Of a DNA stretch of 64,000 nucleotides, positions 54,948 to 64,000 are shown piece by piece. The translations under genes and the position numbers were made by a program. Position 1 is the stretch's first letter, and each line of letters starts with the position of its first letter. The stretch covers positions 57,412,001-57,476,000 of the forward strand of contig OZ024747.1 of the NCBI GenBank assembly GCA_964016885.1, read 5' to 3'. The notes under the pieces were generated by a model. That model did no database searches and had not been told where the DNA came from. It was given only the letters and a program-made list of their open reading frames with translations. This DNA is from Eledone cirrhosa. Lineage: Eukaryota.

Positions 54948-55087
54948 CATATGAAAAAAACTTTGCAAAACAAATATATATATATATATATATTTGTTTT
55001 GCAAAGTTTTTTTCATATGAAATCGTGTGTTGTAACAAATATTGTTATATTTGGGGAGGGTCATATTGTTATAATATTGCCAGAAAT

Positions 55088-55260
55088 AATAATTGTTTCT
55101 ACTTTAGGCACAAGGCCAGCACATTACTGGTACTTTATTTTATCGACCCCGTAAGGATGAAAGACAAAGTCAACCTCGGCGGGATTTGAACTCAGATCGT
55201 AAAGGGACGTAACTCTGTGCTGGAAAGCATGGCGTCCGATCCTCTACCGATACTGCCAAT
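55088..55260 (-). mobile_element. SINE of the 26539 family
   Basis: Reverse complement of 26550-26731. Confidence 0.85.
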
Positions 55261-55269
55261 AATAATAAA

Positions 55270-55515
55270 ACACACTCACTGTTTGGTTTGGATTGGTTCA
55301 TATAGTACACAAATAAATTGTAAAACTAGAAATGTAGTCTATAGCATAAGATGTACAGAGGGTACTTTCAGAAACATGACAACGGCGTACACAGGAAAGA
55401 CTGCTCGGAGCATAGGGAAGAGATTACACCAACACTGGGGTAAACTAAAACGACAAAAAGACGGTTCGGTACTATATGAACACGCCAGAAAAAGATATGA
55501 TGGTAATATAGAAAA
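55270..55515 (+). mobile_element. GIY-YIG endonuclease fragment of Penelope-like type
   Basis: INCKTRNVVYSIRC...YTGKTARSIGKRLHQH...SVLYEH matches the C.T.NVVY.I.C...Y.G.T.R....R...H pattern. Confidence 0.75.
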
Positions 55516-56269
55516 ATTGCTGACCTTATGCCTAAAGTAGAAACAATTATTTTCCTTATATAACGTGACTTGTACAGAATATTTTTGCAATTTTCTAAGC
55601 AGTTAATACACACACACACACACATATATATATATATGCATATAACACCTTCAGCTATTTACGAGTATACAGCTGAAAATACATGTGTATATGTCTAATA
55701 TATACTTATATCTATAAATACATAAATTCGCGAAGGCATATAACTTCTAATCCTCTCATATATTCGGGCGTAAAATATATTAAATATATCATTGCCGGTT
55801 TCCTATTAAGATAGATTCTCAAATTGTTAAATCACATATATGTTAATGTATCTACGGATTGATAAAATAAAATTAATAATTCAAATACCGCTTTTGCATC
55901 AACATACTCTCACGAATGGTTAAATGGATATGCTACTTAATTCCATATGCTAACGTTAGTTCTAATATTATGCATATATATTCCAACCTGATTAAATAAA
56001 ATCACTTTAACCTTTACATAACTTCAAATGGTTAAAAAGATATGCATTTTAAGTTTTATATATGCTAACTTTAGCATTTCTCTATTATCAGAATTGTATT
56101 TATGTATATAAATAAACCACTGCTGATACTCAAAATTTCGTAAAATATTTCACGATGAATTTTCATCAAAATGGATTAATGTATGATTAAATGAATATGT
56201 AAGTAATTTACATATATGAAGTCATAGAACCTTAACTATATTTTGGTCTGCTGGTCGACTCGTCTTTCA

Positions 56270-56896
56270 AACAAGGCAAGGAGCTCTCATTTTCCTATTC
56301 GACGCCCCTTTGCCAAACTCACTCCAGAAATTTTCAGGCCTCTCTATGTCGCCCTCGTGAGACCGCACCTAGAATATGGCATCCAAGCATCAAACCCATA
56401 TCTCATTCGGGATATCCATCACTTGGAGAGAGTTCAACGACTAGCGACTCGAATGGTACAGGGTCTTCATGAGCTGCCCTACGAAAGCCGGCTGCAGAAG
56501 CTGAACCTCTTCTTCTTGGAGCGTCGACGGCTACGAGACGATCTCATTTTGGCTTACAATTTCTTCAATGGCCATTACGATCTTCCTCAAGATCTTCTAT
56601 TCACTCCGGCACTTGAAAGGGGTCTACGTGGACATGACAAAAAGCTGTTTCACCGCCGCTTTCGCCTAAATAGACGGAAAGCTGCTTTCTCGATCCGCAT
56701 CTCTGGAACCTGGAATCGGCTTCCAGAAGAAGTAGTCAACGCGCCAACCACGAAACAATTCAAGGCGAAATTGGGCCGGTGTTGGACCACTGTGTTTCCG
56801 ACTGTGTAAATGTTGCCCCTCTCCCCTCCTTACATGGCATCTGAAGCATCTATGTTTTATTTTCTGCCAAATATATTGAATTGAATTGAATTGAAT
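56270..56896 (+). mobile_element. CR1-type LINE 3' fragment, different family from 20083
   Basis: LYVALVRPHLEYG...LERVQRLATR...RRLRDDLI...LRGH...WNRLP; (TTGAA)n tail at 56876-56895. Confidence 0.9.
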
Positions 56897-56919
56897 ATAT
56901 CCGAGTGTATTATAACTAC

Positions 56920-57300
56920 GCACATATACGGGATTTCGTCGCAAGAAATCAGTACTCTTCAAGTCTGGTAAGTGGCACATCCACCATGACAAAGCCTCCT
57001 GCCATAAATCTATCTTGTTGACCAACCTTTTGGCTGATATGGTGAGCAAAACTGTCTCTCTTCTTCTTTACACTCCAGACTTAGCCCCATGCAAATTCTG
57101 GATGTTACCAAAGCTTGAAAATCTCTGGCGTGCCCGCTTCGAAGCTGTGGAGTTCTTCCAGAAGTGCATTGCAGTTGGAAAATCCCACTGAGGAAGACTA
57201 GAGTTTTATGTTGATCTGAGTTCGATAAATGTCTCTCTGATAAAAGTCTCAAAACATCTTCAGTGTAACTGTATGCCATCGTCGCTATCGTTCAACTGCA
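56920..57300 (-). mobile_element. Possible decayed Tc1-type transposase remnant
   Basis: WMCHLPDLKSTDF loosely resembles the WP..SPDLNP.D/E motif; the rest is highly degenerate. Confidence 0.3.
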
Positions 57301-57475
57301 ATAGAAAACGGCTGTAGTTTTCCACACATTGCATAATTAGTTGTGGTCATCTGTGGGATTTAAAATTATAACACAACGTACCAGAGCTATACCAACAAGA
57401 ACATAACTATAGGGACTATTAATTAACGTATACGAACACACACACACTCATACACGAACACATTCAAAAGACACA

Positions 57476-57596
<121 letters not shown>

Positions 57597-57699
57597 ACAC
57601 ACACACTCCCATTGACAATACCCCCAAACAAATACATAAGCAAAGAAATAAACATCTTTCGAATCTACATTTATGTAATATTGAATTATGAAGTTCAGG

Positions 57700-58620
57700 A
57701 GGCAATGAATTTCTCAGGCATGTTAGGCGGTTGTTAGGTTGTTGAAAAGGTTTTCTTGCAAGAGGTTTTTGATATGCTTGAAAAGTGGTAGTCGTTTGAA
57801 GAAAAATTCGTTGAGTAGGCTGGATAAGGCAAAATTTCGTTCAACTTCTGAAGCGTTGTTTATGTGATATGCAGTCAAGTGTTGTTTCTTTTTGTTTTTT
57901 TTAAGGATTTGACCTTTTCCATTGACCAATGCTAGACATATATCCTGCATTTCAACAAATTCGTGATAATACTTCTCTTCTGTCTGTCGTTGTTTCGCCA
58001 ATATCTCAGAAAGCTGTAGGGGACTAATCCAGCTGTGTACCACCAAACAGTGACCATAACTCTATTTTGAGTATCTTCGGCTTTGGGAAATGTTTACGAG
58101 ATTCGTTTCGGTCTAACCACTGTACAGAATGCCATCGATTGTTTTCTAGGATACACTTTTCATGGCACATCACAGGACGATACAAAAATGGGTCGTGTTT
58201 GTTGTAGACTTCGTAACGCCGATTTTTCTGTTTTTCTTTCAATTCTTGTAGTACCAACTTGTCAAGCTTCTTCGGTATTCGAATGTTCAGACATTGTTCC
58301 GTTAGCTCTCTTGCAAGTTCTCCAACACATGAACGTGGAATTGCTTCTACCAAAGCTTTCAATTCATCATCGTTAATGACAAAAGGACGTCTGCAGCTTC
58401 GCTTATCTTCAAAAAGGAACTCAGTACGACAGAATGTTTTAAAAAGAAACGTGCATTCATTACTACTTCCTTGGCCCCAAACTTCATTTATATTTCTATC
58501 AGTTTGTAATGTATTGCGGCTGAGTTTAAACTCACAGAAATAAATGTGTCGAAAATCCTGTTTTGACATCTTAAAATTAAAAATCTCCATATCAACAGAA
58601 ATTGAATTTATATTAAAAAT
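57700..58620 (-). mobile_element. Decayed mariner transposase
   Basis: FRHIYFCEFKL..RNINEVWG, DDELKALVE, KKLDKLVLQEL (WVPHEL), MCHEKC (TCDEKW), QWLD...FPKP, and EILPYPAYSTNFSSNDYHF (HPPYSPDLAPSDYHLF); frameshifts. Confidence 0.85.
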
Positions 58621-58739
58621 GAATTATATTGGATGGAAGCGGATAAAATACGCTCGAAACTGACACATAATTTTATACACCGTGTGTGAGTTTCTATTCA
58701 TAAAAGAATGTAAAAAAAAAAAAAAAAATTAAAACCTGC

Positions 58740-58780
<41 letters not shown>

Positions 58781-58841
58781 AACATATATACATATATATA
58801 TGTATGCATATATATATGTAAGTATATATATATATGTATGC

Positions 58842-58919
<78 letters not shown>

Positions 58920-59213
58920 AACAGGTAACCTTTTATGATATCAGTAAGGCTATCTAACAAATTCCTGATAATTGTATCACTGACGATATATGATATATTG
59001 ATATTAATGTCAATATAAAACCGTTTGCTATTAATGGTACTTCTCAAAATGGAGAATTCAGACTGATGCTAAGACAATGACTTTAAGCTGGTCTCTTTCA
59101 ATTCATCCTCTTCGTTTCCTTCGCCATTTTTTCTATCTACATATATACACCACTACACATTTATCTATCTCCCCACCTGTCTCTCTCTCTCTCTTTCTCT
59201 TTCTCTCTCCACG

Positions 59214-59284
<71 letters not shown>

Positions 59285-59390
59285 ATCTGTCAACCTATAC
59301 ATCAATTTTCATCGATGTATCGATGTATCTCTCAATCTTTTGACCCATCAATTTACTTGTATATCTATCTATCTATCTATCTATCTATCT

Positions 59391-62300
59391 GTTCTGGACC
59401 TTGGCAGTGGTAAAGGCGGAGCGTTTAGGTTGGTAGCCGCCTACGGCCCTTTCGGGTCAATGCGGCCGGACTTCTTCCATCGTCTGGAGACTTTTCTAGG
59501 GACGTCCCGCTCCTTGCTATTAGTGGGGGACTGGAATGGTATCCTAGATGCACGCTGGGACTACGTAGGGGCCTGCCCCGATAGAGAGGGGTGTAATAGC
59601 CTCAAAGGGTTAATCGGTCGATTTGACCTGGCCGATAGATATCGACTAGATTTTCCGACTGCGCCAACCTGGACTTGGGCAAATCGTAGCGGATCATCTA
59701 GGTCGTACCTAGATAGGTTCTTAGTTAGAATTAAGGATAAGGACTTTTTAAGTTGTCCAAAAATGCGCATTGTTGGCTATTCAGACCACAAATTAGTGAC
59801 CTGCATGGTCAACCTTGACAGAACTCATAGACAGGGCCCCGGTTACTGGAAGCTCAACTTGTCCTTGCCGGCAAGTAGAGCCTACAGGAATCGGATTAGT
59901 ACGTTAGTTAAGGAACGGTTGACTGGAGCGATCGTCAACAGCAGGTGGTGGGTATCTCTAAAGAGAGAGATTAGAGTAGTCTCGATAGAATTTAGTAAGG
60001 TTCTAGCTGCGGATAGGAATAGGAAGGAAAGGGAGCTAATAGATAGAGTAGAAGAGGCAATTAGAAGCGGCGACGTGGCCAGAGTGCTAGCGTCGAGAAC
60101 GGCGTTGAGCCAGTTTTTCGACGCGAAGCACGAAGGCTGCGTTGTCCGAAGTAAAATACGTGCTCTAGGGAACGAGGGGACCAAAGCTGTTAGCTGGGCC
60201 CGCGTGACAGAGGCCAACAGTGGAACTAAATCCACCATCCGGTCTTTGCAAGACCTGGAGGGACGGGCGATTCTTGAGCCTAAGCAGATGTGTGAGGCCT
60301 TTCAAAGGCACTTTGCCCGACTGTTCGGGAGGGGCGGGGAGCCGGTTGGGAACGTGGACTTCGGTCCATACCTCGACGGCCTGCCGCGCCTCTCGGACAG
60401 GGAGGCGAAGTCCTGCGAGGAGCCGATTTCGGCCGCTGAGATAGAGGACGTGCTGAGCCAATGCGGCAAACGCAAATCCCCGGGTCTCGATGGTCTTCCT
60501 TACGAATTATATCTAGCTATGCCGGACTTGTTCCCCGATCTCCTCGAGGCGGTCTACTGCAACTGGCAACAGAACGGGAGAATTCCCTGTACTGTGACCA
60601 AGGGCGTAGTCACGCTAGTGAGGAAGGACGAGAACAAGGGGGACGAAATAAGTAACTTCAGGCCCATAACACTGCTAAATACAGAGTTACAGATTTTGGC
60701 CAAGGTGCTAGCAAAGAGGTTGGCGCTTGTCGTGGGCAACCTGGTGGGAGATGCGCAGACATGCGCTATCCCGTCCAGGTCCATCCATGACAACCTCCAC
60801 CTCATGCGATACATCATAGAGAGGGTTGGGAACGAACCCGGCTTTGGTGGGGCTCTGATCAACTTGGATCAATCTAAGGCGTTCGATAGGGTCGACCATG
60901 GTTACCTGGATGCGGTGCTAGCGGCGGCAGGCTTCGGACCCGTTTTCAGGGGCTGGATCACTGCTATGCACAGCAGCCGCATCTGCTCTAGGGTCAAGGT
61001 GAACGGCTACCTCTCGGAGCCGTTCAAAATCGCGCGGTCCATCCGACAAGGGTGCCCTCTCTCCTCCCTTCTGTATGTGTTGACTCTCGAGCCACTACTG
61101 CGGAAGTTGGAGTTGTTGCAGGGCATCCCTTTGGAACCGGGATTGCGGAAAGCGGTGTCGGCCTACGCCGATGACGTGACAGTAATGGTGTCGACGGCCT
61201 CCGAAATCGAGGCGGTCGGCACCTTACTGGAGGAGTACGAAAAGTTCACAGGGGCTAAGCTGAACCGGGACAAGTCGATCGGTTTGCAACTCGGCACGTG
61301 GAGGGGCAGACCGATGCCCTCCGATAGCGTCGTCGGACGCTGGACGGAGGGCCCGGTGAAGTTGCTCGGGGTCTGGTTCGGACCGGACCTCCAGGTGGAG
61401 AAAAACTGGGCGGAGGTTACGAACAGGGTGTTTGCACTGACCCAGAAGTGGGCCAGTTGCAAACTATCCCTGAAAGGTCGGGCGGAGGTGGCGAACACCT
61501 ACATAGCGTCCGTCATCTACTACCGCCTGACCGTAGTGCCCTGCCCAAGGGAAACCCTCACCAAGATGGAGCGCGCGCTCTTCCAATTCCTTTGGAAGAG
61601 GCGGGCTCCTATGGTGAGGAGATCCATCTGCTGTCAACACCCTTCGAAAGGAGGGCTGGGGATGCCGTGGCTAATGATGCGTAAACACGCATTAAGGCTA
61701 CGGCACCTCTACGTATTCCTCACCGGACAACCGGTGTGGGCCTCGTTTGTGAGACGAACCTTTCCCAAACTCGTCTCACTCACCGAGCTGCAATCCTGGG
61801 TCAAGCAAAGACCGAGAAAACTGGGCGCCTGGCACACTGAGTGTGCCCAGGCGCTCACCGCCCTCTGGCAGGCGGATCCGGTTATCAGTGGAGACTCCAC
61901 CGCAACATTCTATAGAGGGCTGGTACGCAGCAGGTGCGACGACGCCCTCGGAGAAGCCCTAGACATGGAGGAGGACGAACTGGCCAGCCTGTTCGGTAGG
62001 ACATTCAGCCCGGGACCTATGGACAACTTCCAGAAGTCCCTGGCCTGGCAGTGCTACCGAGGGGCTTTACCCGTTCGAGAAAGGCTCTACAGACACGGGC
62101 GCCCGGGTAGGGACCCCGCCAAAAAGATCTGTCCCAGATGCGTGTGCGACGAGGAAACCGTTGCACACGCATTAGTACACTGCTCGGGCGTAGCCGATCT
62201 GTGGGGCTATGTCGAACAACTGCTGTCAAGGGTGGGACCGATCCGGTTGACCACCGAGTCGATTGTAATGATCAAGCCGCCTCCCCCCTTCAAAGATGAA

Positions 62301-62810
62301 GCAGAGGCGGTGTTTCTGTGCGTAATAGCCATGGCGAAAGAGGTTGTATGGTGGACGCGTCTGAAAGGACTGAGGTCGGGCACCTTTCTCTCTGGCCAAC
62401 AACTGGTCCGTTTCTTCCGATATCATTTCGGAAGAAGGATCAGGATGGAGAGAGAGGTGCTGCACCCCAGCCGTTTCTATGAAAGATGGGTGAAAGTGGC
62501 GAGAATGGCCCGTGTGAATGGGCCTTCACTCTACATCAGACTATAGGTGAGGAAGATAAAAGACCAAGGGAGCACCCCTTCTCTGTGCTCCTGAGGAGAA
62601 GGGTTGCACACTTTTTTCGGGGGTGTGTGCGACCCCCCAAGGCGCCTCCTCTCTATTGAGGATTTTGTTAAAAATTTTATTTTTTGTTATATCTTATTTT
62701 ATTTTTATATTTTGTTATTGCCTTCTCCTTATTGAGGACGCCTTTTTGTGTAAACTCCCCCCTTTGTACTTGTCCCACTTTTGATGCCCTAGTGGCAAAT
62801 AAAAGAAATA
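59391..62810 (+). mobile_element. Tx1/L1-clade LINE, 5'-truncated inside the endonuclease, ORF2 open to stop at 62546
   Basis: EN motifs LVGDWN, SYLDRF, YSDH; YWKLN; RT motifs KSPGLDGLP, FRPITLLN, LDQSKAFDRVDH, RQGCPLS, YADD; C-terminal CPRC...ETVAHALVHC; 3'UTR ending AATAAAAGAAA. Confidence 0.95.
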
Positions 62811-62960
<150 letters not shown>

Positions 62961-63284
62961 CCTATCCATCCATCCTTCCACACATCTATCTACCCCCCCT
63001 CTCTATATATATCTATCTATTTATCAATCTATCTATCTATTTACCATTTTTACCTCAATCTCTATATTTTTTGCTTCAATGCAACGCTGCCTTTCAACGC
63101 CAAATTTATTTGCAAAAGAGACGTGTTCTTTGTAGCGTAAAATCGATTCAAAGAGTTTCCGAAAATATCCGGTTACTTGGATTGAATAAGAATTAATGGC
63201 AAACGAAATCCGTCTCACAACCAACTGGTTGGTGAAGAGCGGCGTTGTGAGTCTGGAGAGAAAGATTATCTTGGAACTCATAGA

Positions 63285-63395
63285 GAATAATGATGGCTAT
63301 GATGATGATGGTCTTGGGTGTGATGATGATGGTCTTGGTGGTGATGGGGATGATGTTGATGGTGGTGGTGATGATGATGATGATGATAGTATTAG

Positions 63396-63431
<36 letters not shown>

Positions 63432-63773
63432 CGATGACGATGCTGTTGGTGATGTTGGTGATGATAATAATGGTGACGATGCTGATGATGATGATAGTGT
63501 TGGTGGTGATGTTGATGACGATGACGATGACGATGATGATGATGATGATGATGATGATGACGATGACGATGACGATGCTGTTGGTGATGTTGGTGATGAT
63601 AATAATGCTGACGATGCTGATGATGATGATAGTGTTGGTGGTGATGTTGATGACGATGACGATGACGATGATGATGATGATGATGATGATGACGATGACG
63701 ATGCTGTTGATGATGTTGGTTGATGATAATAATGGTGACGATCTGATGATGATGATAGTGTTGGTGGCGATGT

Positions 63774-63814
<41 letters not shown>

Positions 63815-63910
63815 TTAGTGACGATGATAATGATGGAAGTAATGATGACGATGATGATGACGATGATGATGATGATGATGATGGGGATGTTTGTGATGAT
63901 GATGAGGGTG
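63285..63910. repeat. (GAT)n compound microsatellite with internal duplications
   Basis: Directly visible. Confidence 0.95.
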
Positions 63911-64000
63911 GGGATTATAATTATGATAGTGGTGATAGCCGGGAGAGTCGATGGGTTGGGTGGCATAACTTATGTACACACACAAAAAAAAAAAAGTCAC

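Noticed and set aside
59340-59390. N-terminus [17 protein letters not shown] of the 1068-aa ORF
   Set aside because: Read-through of flanking sequence and (TATC)n; the element is 5'-truncated and lacks its true start and ORF1.

Overview
AT-rich, repeat-saturated animal genomic DNA. The SINE families and (TA)n/(CA)n/(CAT)n/(TATC)n content resemble an octopus (coleoid cephalopod) genome; this is inferred from recalled repeat families, not from a search. Most ORFs in the track are tandem-repeat artefacts. Supported coding sequence is mainly retroelement: a 5'-truncated but open Tx1/L1-type LINE ORF2 inside a (TATC)n tract (59391-62810), a 5'-truncated CR1-type RT (20083-22033), RTE, CR1 and CRE fragments, Penelope-type GIY-YIG fragments and a decayed mariner. 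A few probable host exons occur: a phase-compatible + strand chain ending at 40625-41266, and a - strand exon starting MEQFGQLSVLGRGG, which looks like a kinase start. The most striking pattern is a set of short, mutually diverged elements between (TA)n runs. They carry minimal hammerhead-ribozyme cores (CUGANGA...GAAA...UH, often followed by AATAAA) and often form near-perfect DNA palindromes with a one-sided tail (19.5/22.1, 26, 29, 38, 42.8, 50.6, 51.4 and 53.5 kb). They look like non-autonomous Penelope-like or retrozyme-like elements targeted to (TA)n. One has an unusually long stem II, and one was split at its centre by the CR1.
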